Below, in pieces: positions 29,887 through 39,482 of a DNA stretch of 64,000 nucleotides (its first letter is position 1; each line of letters starts with the position of its first letter). Source of the DNA: Obrimoposthia wandeli. Taxonomy: Eukaryota. The stretch is from NCBI GenBank assembly GCA_977020255.1, contig CDROCS010004896.1, forward strand, positions 62,001 to 126,000, given 5' to 3'. Below the pieces are notes generated by a model. It saw only the letters and a list, made by a program, of their open reading frames with translations. It was not told the origin of the DNA and did not search any database. Position numbers and translations under genes: made by a program.

Positions 29887-29934
29887 TGTAATGAGATTAA
29901 TTGTCACAAGTAAATGCTATTGCAAATCATTGTC
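29887..29934. promoter_or_regulatory. Two Fur-box-like sites in the divergent promoter region
   Basis: TGTAATGAGATTAATTGTC (29887-29905; 13/19) and GCTATTGCAAATCATTGTC (29916-29934; 14/19) versus GATAATGATAATCATTATC. Confidence 0.6.
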
Positions 29935-30016
29935 ATTTAGATTACCTTGTCATCAAATATTACTCCGCAGGCTAATTACCTGCAGTCTCTCAATTTATTT
30001 GAATGGATTTAACGCA

Positions 30017-31447
30017 ATGAAATTTCTAAAACTAGCCGCTTGTATAACCTCTGCATCATTACTGATAGCGTGTGGCGGTGACGACTCTGATAGTAGCTCT
30101 GCTCCAGCAATCAACGTAGAAAAAGCTCAGCTAGTTTTGAATACCAATGCTGACATCGCTTTGGCCGCTTATACCGATTCTGTGGAAACAGCAAAGACTC
30201 TTAAAATCGCTTTAACTGCATTAAAAAATACACCATCGGCTACAACGTTAGCCGCTGCTAAAACGGCTTGGTTGGTTTCTCGCGAACCTTATGGTCAGAC
30301 TGAAGTTTATCGTTTCCGTAATAGCCCTGTTGACTCCTTAGATGTTGAAGGCGATTTAAACGCTTGGCCACTAGGTGAAGCACTGATCGATTACGTTGAA
30401 ACTAATACCTCTGATTTCGGCGATGATCAAGTGGGCGTGACAGGCAACGACGCTGGTATCAACGGCGGTGGTGCAATCACGGCTGCTGAAGCACAAGCTG
30501 CGCAAACGAATAACATCATTGGTAATGTTGCAGTAACAATCGATGCTGACTTACTAGGCAATACTTTATCTGCAGAAGATGAGCACGATGTGATTACGGG
30601 CTACCACGCCATTGAGTTTTTATTGTGGGGCCAGGATTTAAATACTAGCGATCAAACAACTACCGACGGTACGGACCGTGATGAAGCGGTTAATACGACT
30701 GCTATGGGCGGTCAGCGTCCATTAGCTGATTTCGTTTCTAGTGCTGATGGCGATACCGCTGCTCGTCGTCACCAATATCTAGAAGTGGTTGTTGATAAGT
30801 TAATTACAGATCTTGAAGCGGTACAGTCTGAGTGGGCTACCGGTTCTGTTACTAACTACCGCGCTACATTCACCACAATTGCAGACGAAGCTGACGCGAA
30901 GCAAAAGCTAACTGAAATCCTTACCGGTATGGGTACATTGTCTGAAGGTGAATTAGCTGGCGAGCGTATGCAAATAGCGTTCTCTTCTAACTCACAAGAA
31001 GATGAGCATTCTTGTTTCTCTGATAATACTCACCGTGATGTTTGGTTAAATGCTGAAGGTGTTTCGAACAGCTTTTACGGTTCTTATGCCGGTTATGATA
31101 GCAACCTCGACGGTACTGATAACGAAACAACTAACTCAGTTGACGGCTATGGTATTGATGAGTATCTAACCGAAGTAGGTTTGACGGGTATTGCTGTTGA
31201 AACAGCGGCTGCATTAACATTAACTCAAACTAACTATAACCTTATCGATGCTTCTGCCCGTGCTGGTACTCCGTTTGATGTATTAATTATGTCAGCGACT
31301 GAAACAAACCCTGTCGCGTTAACTATTAAGTCATTAAACGCGCAGTCTCGTTTAATTCAAGATACTGCTGACCAGCTTGGGTTAGGTGTTGTGGTTGAAG
31401 ATGATGCCTCTGACTGTAATACACAAAGCCCAACCACTGGGTGTTAA
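30017..31447 (+). CDS. Imelysin family (peptidase M75) lipoprotein, IrpA/IcmP-like iron-regulated protein
   Basis: Lipobox LIAC, LNAWPLGEALIDY, GYHAIEFLLWG (GxHxxE), GELAGERM and EDEHSCFSDNTH; start set at MKFLKL (ORF track 29891). Confidence 0.92.
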   Translation: MKFLKLAACITSASLLIACGGDDSDSSSAPAINVEKAQLVLNTNADIALAAYTDSVETAKTLKIALTALKNTPSATTLAAAKTAWLVSREPYGQTEVYRFRNSPVDSLDVEGDLNAWPLGEALIDYVETNTSDFGDDQVGVTGNDAGINGGGAITAAEAQAAQTNNIIGNVAVTIDADLLGNTLSAEDEHDVITGYHAIEFLLWGQDLNTSDQTTTDGTDRDEAVNTTAMGGQRPLADFVSSADGDTAARRHQYLEVVVDKLITDLEAVQSEWATGSVTNYRATFTTIADEADAKQKLTEILTGMGTLSEGELAGERMQIAFSSNSQEDEHSCFSDNTHRDVWLNAEGVSNSFYGSYAGYDSNLDGTDNETTNSVDGYGIDEYLTEVGLTGIAVETAAALTLTQTNYNLIDASARAGTPFDVLIMSATETNPVALTIKSLNAQSRLIQDTADQLGLGVVVEDDASDCNTQSPTTGC

Positions 31448-31483
31448 TATTGAGTTGATTCAATAAAAAGGATTTTATTGATC

Positions 31484-31512
31484 TAGAAAGCCGAGCAATG
31501 CTCGGCTTTCTA
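31484..31512 (+). terminator. Strong hairpin after the IrpA-like gene
   Basis: Perfect 13-bp stem TAGAAAGCCGAGC-AAT-GCTCGGCTTTCTA. Confidence 0.75.
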
Positions 31513-31564
31513 CTATCTTAAACAAAATATTTTTTCCTTATTTGTATGTTGAAGTAGGTTGTAA

Positions 31565-33043
31565 ATGAAAGCTGTAATACTAATCACTAGCGCAATTTTT
31601 TTATTATTCGGCTGTGATAACTCACTAACAAAAGATTATTCCAGCTTAGATGCACCCAAATATAATGAAGAAGAAAACTATCCTGGTGGAGAAACCAGCG
31701 TTTCATATCAACCCTTTGCCAGCTTGCAACTTCCTGCAAAAAATTTAGCCGAAGACCTAAGACCCGATTTTTACGCGGGTAAAGCCCTTGCCAATCAGCC
31801 TTGGATCAAAGCACCGACCACAACTATTGCACGCGATGGCCTTGGCCCAATTTACAATGCCCGCACATGCTTAACCTGCCATATAAAAGGCGGTAAAGGT
31901 TTTATTCCTGCCGATAATAAATCTCCGATTAGCAGCACGCTGGTGCGTCTCAGTAAAGTAGGCGATCAGTTTGATAAATTAAAACAGTCCGGCGTGATTC
32001 CTCATCCTGTTTATGGCGATCAAATTCAGGGCCAGTCTGTTTCGCTGGCACACCAATTAAGACACTCACAAAAGCCGGACACACTAAAACATGATGTTGC
32101 TCCAGAAGCCTATGTCTATATTAACTGGAGTGAAGAGATTTTTAATTATCCTGATAGACATCAGGTCCAGTTACGAAAACCTGAAATAGAGTTTAAAAAT
32201 CTGGGCTATGGCCCACTCGGCGACGATACGTTATTTAGCTTAAGAGTTGCGCCGACGATTCACGGCATGGGCCTCATCGGCTTAATCGCTGAACAAGATA
32301 TTATTAATTTAAGTGATGAGTATGATAAAAACCATGATGGTATTTCAGGTCGCATAAACCAAGTTTGGGATGTAGAAAAACAAGCAACGGTATTAGGACG
32401 TTTTGGTTTAAAAAGTAATAAGCCCACTTTAGATATGATTGTGGGAGGTGCATTCGCCAATGATTTAGGCATTACCAATTCCTTATCGCCTAGCCAGCCT
32501 TGCACTGCCTTGCAGCCAACATGCCTGAAAATCCCTAATGGCAATGATGAACAAGGTGTGGAGTTACCAGACCATTTATTAAAATTGGTGATCAACTTTA
32601 ATCGTGACCTTGCACCGCCTTTACGCAGAAATAGCCAAGATAAAAATGTCTTAGCGGGTCGTGAATTATTTTATAGTAGTGGCTGTAATCAATGCCACAA
32701 CCCTAGATTTGAAACTCAAAGAAGTGATGAAGCGGCTCATTTATCGGAACAAGTTATTTGGCCTTACAGTGATTTTTTATTACACGATATGGGATCTAAT
32801 CTTGCAGATGGCCGTCCAGATTATCTAGCCTCTGGTAACGAGTGGCGTACAGCACCCCTTTGGGGGATTGGCTTACTATCACAAGTTAATGGCAGTATCG
32901 TTTTATTACATGATGGTCGGGCGAGGTCAGTAGAAGAAGCCATTTTATGGCATGGGGGCGAAGCTGAATTAGCCAAAACTCGGTTTATCAATTTGGATAA
33001 GTCAGACCGCATTAATCTGATTAAATTTGTTAACTCGCTTTAG
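31565..33043 (+). CDS. Di-haem oxidoreductase family (DUF1111/DHOR) lipoprotein
   Basis: Lipobox LFGC; DGLGPIYNARTCLTCH and GCNQCH haem motifs; WRTAPLWGIG and LLHDGRAR. Confidence 0.92.
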   Translation: MKAVILITSAIFLLFGCDNSLTKDYSSLDAPKYNEEENYPGGETSVSYQPFASLQLPAKNLAEDLRPDFYAGKALANQPWIKAPTTTIARDGLGPIYNARTCLTCHIKGGKGFIPADNKSPISSTLVRLSKVGDQFDKLKQSGVIPHPVYGDQIQGQSVSLAHQLRHSQKPDTLKHDVAPEAYVYINWSEEIFNYPDRHQVQLRKPEIEFKNLGYGPLGDDTLFSLRVAPTIHGMGLIGLIAEQDIINLSDEYDKNHDGISGRINQVWDVEKQATVLGRFGLKSNKPTLDMIVGGAFANDLGITNSLSPSQPCTALQPTCLKIPNGNDEQGVELPDHLLKLVINFNRDLAPPLRRNSQDKNVLAGRELFYSSGCNQCHNPRFETQRSDEAAHLSEQVIWPYSDFLLHDMGSNLADGRPDYLASGNEWRTAPLWGIGLLSQVNGSIVLLHDGRARSVEEAILWHGGEAELAKTRFINLDKSDRINLIKFVNSL

Positions 33044-33051
33044 GTTTATCG

Positions 33052-34221
33052 ATGAAAATTAACGCATCGCGTCGTTCTTTTAACCAAGCATTATTAAGCA
33101 TCGGCGCAACGGCACCGATGCTGAGCCACAGTGCTTGGAATTTGAACTGGCTGGGACTAGGCAATCAACCACAGCCCAATGAATACTGGCTTTCAGCTCA
33201 GGGACAAAGCCAAGGTCAATATGGATTAGGCTGGGTCGATACCCACGGCGAAAAACTTTCACAAGTCTCTACTCAATTTCGTGGGCATGGCTTCTGCCAA
33301 AACCCAACGCAGCTAGATCATATTATTATGTTCTCTCGCCGCCCTGGCACAGAAGGCATTCGACTTAATCTATCTTCCAGTAAAATTGATGCCACATTTA
33401 GGAGTGCTCCAGATCGTCACATGCATGGCCATGGTTGCTTCAGTGCTGATGGCGAAAAACTCTTTTGTGCCGAGTCAGAAATAAGTACAGGAAAAGGCAA
33501 GATCACTATTCGCGATACTCAGACTCTCACCTTAATCGGTGAGTTTGATAGTTATGGAATTGGCCCTCATGAAATTGCGTTGATGCCAGACGGCAATAGC
33601 TTGGTCGTTGCGAATGGAGGATTATTAACTCACCCTGACTCCGGACGTGAAGTATTAAACCTCAATAGCATGCGCGCCAGCCTAGCTTACATTGATATTC
33701 ATAGCGGTGAGTTAATCAGCGAACATTTTATTCCAGAAAAAAAAGCCAGTATCCGACACTTAGATGTCGCCAACGATGGTACGGTCGCCATCGCGCTGCA
33801 AGTGCAACGTAAGGCTATGGGCCATAATAAGCTCACACCCTTAGCTGCAATTCACAAGCAAGGCCAAGAGATTATATTATTGCAGGCGCCAACAACATTA
33901 TTGTCTAAATTGAATGATTACATGGGCAGTGTGAAAATCAATAATAAAAGTCGCATTACTGCCTTTGCTAGCCCTAAGGGTAATCTCGCCATGTTCTGGC
34001 ATTTGGATGATTTATCCTTACAGGGCTACCATAGCTTTCATGATGTCTGCGGCTTAACCGTTAGCCAAGATAATAAATATTTCGTTTTATCTAATTCAAG
34101 CGGTAAAATTCGCCAAATTAATGCGGCAACTTTAAAGCTTGATAAAGAAAGAAGCCTTAGCTTTCCTCATACTCGCTGGGATAACCACATGATTTCCGTG
34201 TTATCTAGCAATACAAAATGA
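33052..34221 (+). CDS. DUF1513 family Tat-exported beta-propeller protein
   Basis: Twin-arginine leader SRRSF; RGHG, FSRRPG, GHGCFS, GIGPHE, VANGG and SIRHL motifs. Confidence 0.88.
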   Translation: MKINASRRSFNQALLSIGATAPMLSHSAWNLNWLGLGNQPQPNEYWLSAQGQSQGQYGLGWVDTHGEKLSQVSTQFRGHGFCQNPTQLDHIIMFSRRPGTEGIRLNLSSSKIDATFRSAPDRHMHGHGCFSADGEKLFCAESEISTGKGKITIRDTQTLTLIGEFDSYGIGPHEIALMPDGNSLVVANGGLLTHPDSGREVLNLNSMRASLAYIDIHSGELISEHFIPEKKASIRHLDVANDGTVAIALQVQRKAMGHNKLTPLAAIHKQGQEIILLQAPTTLLSKLNDYMGSVKINNKSRITAFASPKGNLAMFWHLDDLSLQGYHSFHDVCGLTVSQDNKYFVLSNSSGKIRQINAATLKLDKERSLSFPHTRWDNHMISVLSSNTK

Positions 34222-34240
34222 TCACACTTGGATTAATTAC

Positions 34241-35341
34241 ATGTTCAAATTTATAGCCTCAATATTGGCTTTTAGCAGCGTTCTTTTTCTTTCAGCCTGC
34301 GGCGGCAGTAGTTCATCATTAAGCACAGGGAATAATGAACTCAACCTTGCTGCTAAAGAAATCATCGACAATACAATTATTCCTGCGTCGAATCGATTTC
34401 AACAGCAAGTCAGCACATTGGTCAGCGAAAGTTCCGACTTTTGTAGTGCTACAAATCAGACTCCTGAGAATTTAACGGCAATACAAAACCAATGGCTTGA
34501 TACTAACCTCGCATGGTTTGAACTATTGCCTTATCTCTTTGGACCGATGGTGAATAGCGAAGTATTACCCACCTATATTTTTATCGATTACCACCGTCAA
34601 CGTGGTGATGATGATACAGCAGTTATCCGCAGTAATATTGATAGCTTAATAGCCAGCGCTACTGATGAAGACTACGATTTAGCACTTTCAAGATTAGGAG
34701 CGAACAGTCTCGGTTTATTAGCGCTAGAAATCGCGGTATTTGAAGACGCCGCTAACCAGTCGATGATTGCAGCGGATATTCTACTTGAATTTCAGAATAC
34801 TCCCCGCAAATGTCAGCTGTTGATTGATATGGGCAATAAATTATTAGTACAAGCAAATGAAGTGCAACAAGGCTGGACTGTTAACTACCGAAACACAGGG
34901 AAAAGCTATCGTGATCTTGTCATTAATAATCAATTAGAAACGCTTCTTGATGATGACTCAGGCGAGTCCGCTATAAAGAAGATCACGATCTCCGTTCAAG
35001 AGTTTTATGATTATTTAGGTAAGCGTAATGTTACTAATAATGTGGCTCAACTATCCAATTCAATTTGGACTTCCCTGGATAAATCATTGAGTAGTACAGA
35101 AGAACTGCTAGTAGGAACGGATGCGACAGAATTGAGTTTGAATCGAATCATGAGCAATAACCGCTTTGACCAAACCGTCATACTGTTTAACGAAAACATG
35201 GCTACTTTGCGCGCAGCACTCGTTGAAAAAAATAGCATCGATATGGCCGCTGCCGCTAAGGCCTTGGATGGGAATTTTAAACGTGAAATACCTGATGCAT
35301 TAAATATCAACTTAGGGCTAAACTTCAGTGATGGGGATTAG
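34241..35341 (+). CDS. Second imelysin-like lipoprotein (His-less motif variant)
   Basis: Lipobox LSAC, AIQNQWLDTNLAW, GLLALE, C-terminal LGLNFSDGD. Confidence 0.8.
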   Translation: MFKFIASILAFSSVLFLSACGGSSSSLSTGNNELNLAAKEIIDNTIIPASNRFQQQVSTLVSESSDFCSATNQTPENLTAIQNQWLDTNLAWFELLPYLFGPMVNSEVLPTYIFIDYHRQRGDDDTAVIRSNIDSLIASATDEDYDLALSRLGANSLGLLALEIAVFEDAANQSMIAADILLEFQNTPRKCQLLIDMGNKLLVQANEVQQGWTVNYRNTGKSYRDLVINNQLETLLDDDSGESAIKKITISVQEFYDYLGKRNVTNNVAQLSNSIWTSLDKSLSSTEELLVGTDATELSLNRIMSNNRFDQTVILFNENMATLRAALVEKNSIDMAAAAKALDGNFKREIPDALNINLGLNFSDGD

Positions 35342-35483
35342 CGCTCTTCGTATCATGCAAAGAAGATAGTGAAGACTGGAATTGATAACATAATGACTGC
35401 AAGAGAAATGACATACCATTTTGTATAAGGGTCCATTTTCAATATAACTCTCCGAACATTAATTTAAATATATGATGGCAAGT

Positions 35484-35508
35484 GTACGAGATTTTCTTAA
35501 TCTCGTAC
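35484..35508. terminator. Hairpin between convergent imelysin and polB genes
   Basis: Perfect 10-bp stem GTACGAGATT / AATCTCGTAC. Confidence 0.55.
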
Positions 35509-35548
35509 TGCTCCACATCAGGTTTTATCTACTTATGTATATGACCTG

Positions 35549-38035
35549 CTAAAACAAACTCATCTGTTGTCCGCATATCTCTGCAAAGCTCGTATCATAC
35601 AAAGCCAATAAGCCATCACATACTGGAGCAAGCTGCTTTTCTAGATAGTGTTGGTAATCTATTTGAAGTGATCCTTTAGCACTTTCGAATACCGCTAATG
35701 GCTGCGGACCATTCGTGGTCATCAAATATTGAATCCAGCCGCCACGGTCTTGATAGAGTAACGGCAATCCCTGCTGCTGACGCCATAGCTCTAATACCGC
35801 AGCGGCTTTAGCATGAGGAGGAATATTACGCTGATACTCTGCCAGCGGGCGGCGTAAACGTTTACGATAAATCAATTGTTTATCTTGCTCTCCAGCCATC
35901 AAGGCTAGCACTTCAACTTTCATCCATTCTTCAAAAGGTTGTTCAGAAAAAATACGTTCAAACAGTTGCTTTTGAAACTGTCGCGCGAGAGGTGTCCAAT
36001 CACTTCGAACCGCTTCTAGACCTTTAAAAATCGTTTCAATTTCTTCTTCGCCCGGAGCCGATAACGTATGCACCGTTCCTGCATAGCGCTTTTTACTGCC
36101 GGTCTCTGCACCTCGAATAGAGGGCATAAAGAAACGTTGATAGTGAGTTTCATATTCAATTTCAAGCTTACTGTCGAGCTGATGCTCTTGCTGAATGGTA
36201 CGGGTCCACCAGCGGTTTAAATCTTTACTTAATTGTTGGCCAATCACATCCGCTTGCGGCTGTGTTTTCTTTTCTTTTAGCCAGACGAATACTGAGTCGG
36301 TATCACCATAAATAACATCGTAGCCTTGGGTCTTAATCCATTGCGCTGAACGTTGAATAATTTCATGACTTCTTTCAGTGATAGAACTGGATAAACGCAT
36401 ATCAAAAAAGCGACAGCCGTCACTGCCAAGGACACCATAAAATGAACTCATGATGATTTTTATAGCTTGCGCTAAATGATGATTTTTTTCTTTTTTAGCT
36501 TGGTCACGCTGCTCGCCTAGCATAGTGACTAGGTCCGGTAGACAATGTTTTTCTCGATCAAAGAATCCCCCATTAAAGCCTCTAATGGTGTCTTCTACCG
36601 CTGTTAAGCTTTCAGTCTTTAAAGCCTCACTTTTCAATCCTTCAATCAGTCCCATCGGATCAATTTTAAAGGTTCGCATAATCGAAGGATAAAGACTTTT
36701 AAAATCCAATACTAAGATGCTGTCGTACAAACCCGGGCGAGAATCCATCACAAATCCCCCAGGGCTTTTTATATCACTAAAGCCTTCATTGTAATTCGGG
36801 GCGACATAACCATTACGATGCAACAAAGGTAAATACAGGTTTTCAAATCCCGCAACCGACCCGCCCATACGGTCTAATAATAAGCCCGTTAAACTGCTGC
36901 GTTGAATGGCAAAATCCATTAATTCGGTATGCTGAAAAATATCCCACACTAAAATACAGTCTTCTAAGTTGTAAGCGGCGAGTGCGGGTTTGTCATTATC
37001 AAATAAGTATTCAATTTCATGATCATAAGACTCATATACTTTAGCCTCGCCCGTGATCAGCTTACGTCGACCTAATAACTCTTCCGCGACGTTATCGAGC
37101 GAAAAACTTTCAAACTTATATTCCGCTTGGCGTAGCATTTCAATGCCATCAATAATGCAACGGCCCGGTACATGAACATAACTTCGATTGGCTTTGTTTT
37201 GATCATGACGCCAGCTTACTTCTTGTTGATTGCGCCCAAGAATAAACGGAACTTCTAGCTCATCACATTTACGTTGAATAAAATCCATATCAAATTGGAT
37301 GAAGTTCCAACCAATAATGATGTCAGGATCTAAGCGCTGCATTTCTTTAAAGAAGATTTCCAATAAAGACACTTCGTCATCAAAATAGAGGCAATGCTCA
37401 GCGGGTATAGTATGGTCTGCTGTGCCGACCATCCAGATATAGCTGACCCGTTCTCGCGCCCCATCAATGACTACTTCACCATGGCACGCGATCGAGAATA
37501 GTTGATCTCTTTTTCCCTCTTTGGGAAACGTCGTTTCAATATCAACGGAGAGCACCGTTAGAGCTGCTGTACTCACAGCATCAAGGCTGGGTTTAGTCTT
37601 ACCCTGCTTGCAGAGTAGGTAACCGTCTTCCTGCTGCCAGAGCCCATGAATTTCAACACCTCCGCGAATAAAGCGCTCCATCAAATAGCGGTCAGTCGGA
37701 CGTAAGTCATACTCCCAAACTGGAATATCCCAATCACTTAATAAGTAGTTAAAACGATAGATGTCCTCTTGGCGCAAGTAGCAGGCCACCAGCGGTTGCT
37801 GATTAAAGGCTTTTAGTGATACTTCTCGAATTGTGACCGTAATACCTTCAGCGCGAGCCAAGCGTTGCGCCTTAACTTGCTCTGTTACCGGTACAAAACA
37901 AACCGACGGCTGCTCGATACACAAGCATAAGGGTCCCGCAGAACTTGCAAACCAGAATTCCAGTTCACTGCTCTGCTCTCCTTCATACCAGCGACTGGTT
38001 AGTAGAAAGCCTTGTTGGCTGCTTGTGCTCATCAA
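35549..38035 (-). CDS. polB: DNA polymerase II (family B)
   Basis: Exonuclease DIET and GWNFIQFD; polymerase DFKSLYPS, KIIMSSFYG, YGDTDS and KKRYAG. Confidence 0.97.
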   Translation of the reverse strand: MMSTSSQQGFLLTSRWYEGEQSSELEFWFASSAGPLCLCIEQPSVCFVPVTEQVKAQRLARAEGITVTIREVSLKAFNQQPLVACYLRQEDIYRFNYLLSDWDIPVWEYDLRPTDRYLMERFIRGGVEIHGLWQQEDGYLLCKQGKTKPSLDAVSTAALTVLSVDIETTFPKEGKRDQLFSIACHGEVVIDGARERVSYIWMVGTADHTIPAEHCLYFDDEVSLLEIFFKEMQRLDPDIIIGWNFIQFDMDFIQRKCDELEVPFILGRNQQEVSWRHDQNKANRSYVHVPGRCIIDGIEMLRQAEYKFESFSLDNVAEELLGRRKLITGEAKVYESYDHEIEYLFDNDKPALAAYNLEDCILVWDIFQHTELMDFAIQRSSLTGLLLDRMGGSVAGFENLYLPLLHRNGYVAPNYNEGFSDIKSPGGFVMDSRPGLYDSILVLDFKSLYPSIMRTFKIDPMGLIEGLKSEALKTESLTAVEDTIRGFNGGFFDREKHCLPDLVTMLGEQRDQAKKEKNHHLAQAIKIIMSSFYGVLGSDGCRFFDMRLSSSITERSHEIIQRSAQWIKTQGYDVIYGDTDSVFVWLKEKKTQPQADVIGQQLSKDLNRWWTRTIQQEHQLDSKLEIEYETHYQRFFMPSIRGAETGSKKRYAGTVHTLSAPGEEEIETIFKGLEAVRSDWTPLARQFQKQLFERIFSEQPFEEWMKVEVLALMAGEQDKQLIYRKRLRRPLAEYQRNIPPHAKAAAVLELWRQQQGLPLLYQDRGGWIQYLMTTNGPQPLAVFESAKGSLQIDYQHYLEKQLAPVCDGLLALYDTSFAEICGQQMSLF

Positions 38036-38106
38036 TTAAAATCTGTTTTAGGGTCTATACTGATTATAAAATACGCCGCAATGTAACAAGCCTGAAGGAT
38101 ATAGCA

Positions 38107-38457
38107 ATGAATGGCCCGATAATCAGTGATGATCCACTTTATCAATTATTAAGAAACGATGATGTTGATGGATTCAATCAAGCTCGGTCTCAGGGGACAG
38201 GCTGTAATCTTGCAGGTACTGACTTACGAGGCTTGGACCTTCGCAGCTTAGTGATAAATGGCATGAGTTTAGAAGATACCTACTTTCGAGGCGCTGATTT
38301 GCGAGGTATCGATTTCCGAGGCTGTAACCTTAATGGTGCATCTTTAGCCGATGCCAAAATCAGTGGTTGCTACTTCCCTATCGAACTAAGCCCAGAAGAA
38401 ATTCGGTTATCTGTCGCTATGGGGACTCGATTGCGTCACATTTACAATAAAAGTTAG
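38107..38457 (+). CDS. Small pentapeptide-repeat protein
   Basis: DLRGL DLRSL...FRGA DLRGI DFRGC NLNGA SLADA repeats; start set at MNGPIISD (ORF track 37945 overlaps polB). Confidence 0.88.
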   Translation: MNGPIISDDPLYQLLRNDDVDGFNQARSQGTGCNLAGTDLRGLDLRSLVINGMSLEDTYFRGADLRGIDFRGCNLNGASLADAKISGCYFPIELSPEEIRLSVAMGTRLRHIYNKS

Positions 38458-38534
38458 ATTTATCCTTTTAAGCTAGAGCGTTTATCGGTATCTTTCAATG
38501 ATACTCACAATAATTTTAAGCGTTGGAGATCTCT

Positions 38535-39320
38535 ATGTACCTTCCCGGCAAGCCGCATGAGTCAATGGAAATAATATATGCGCGCATGCAGCAGCTGGCG
38601 AAAGGCCTGCTGGACGGCTTCCCCTTAGATAAAGATCCACTGGTACTTGAAAATGTTGAGGACCTTTATCAGCATTTTGATAGCAACCAACTCTTCTTGA
38701 TCACCGACGGCATGATCCACGTGAACCATGAAGGGCAAAACATCCTAAGCTTTGATGAAGGTGATTTGGTGGGTTTTAATCGTGCCTTCGACCTACCTTG
38801 CCCTACTTTTCGTGCCGACGAGTTCGTAGAAGTACAGCTGATTGATCGTGATGCCCTACTGCGCCATATCTATAGTGATAAACGCCGTCAGCATTATTGG
38901 AGCCATTTTTTAATGTGCCAGAACAGCCTTCTGCTGAATCATCTTGCACAAATAAGCAAATCACAAAAGAAAACGATCGCGGGTTTTCAAAACTTCCAAC
39001 CAGGCGATGTCATTATTAAAGAAGGTGATGATGCCGAGCATGTTTATACCATTATCAGTGGTGCAGCCGATGTTTTTGCTGATGGTGTAAAAGTCGGTGT
39101 GATTGGTGAAGATGAAGTCTTTGGCGCTATGGCCGTCTTTACTGGGGAAAAGCGTTCGGCAACGGTTCAAGCTCATACTGATTGCACTGTTATGGCCGTT
39201 CCGCAAAATGATTTTGTACACCTGATCGAAGCTCAGCCTAAAGCGGCGGTCAATTTAATCGAGAACCTCGCTCGCCGCATAATTACCCTCAACCAACAAT
39301 TAGTTGAACAGCAGAAGTAG
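38535..39320 (+). CDS. Tandem cyclic-nucleotide-binding domain protein without HTH
   Basis: C-terminal cNMP domain (FQPGDVIIKEGD...VYTIISG...FGAMAVFTGEKRSATV); degenerate N-terminal copy. Confidence 0.85.
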   Translation: MYLPGKPHESMEIIYARMQQLAKGLLDGFPLDKDPLVLENVEDLYQHFDSNQLFLITDGMIHVNHEGQNILSFDEGDLVGFNRAFDLPCPTFRADEFVEVQLIDRDALLRHIYSDKRRQHYWSHFLMCQNSLLLNHLAQISKSQKKTIAGFQNFQPGDVIIKEGDDAEHVYTIISGAADVFADGVKVGVIGEDEVFGAMAVFTGEKRSATVQAHTDCTVMAVPQNDFVHLIEAQPKAAVNLIENLARRIITLNQQLVEQQK

Positions 39321-39482
39321 ACCCCCCTATTCTGCTGTTTTCTTTTATCATCAATACAGCGTTACCGCTTCTAATACATCATTGGAATTCAAGATAAAGA
39401 CACCACTGCTAAATATCAGCAAAAAATAAATTTTGTTCTAAACTTATTTTATCAACACGATAAACTGAGTAAGTAGTCAAAT

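Noticed and set aside
29891-30016. N-terminal extension of the IrpA-like ORF
   Set aside because: It covers the Fur-like boxes; the lipoprotein signal begins at 30017.
38036-38106. Possible LexA (SOS) box upstream of polB
   Set aside because: No CTGT-N8-ACAG match on either strand.
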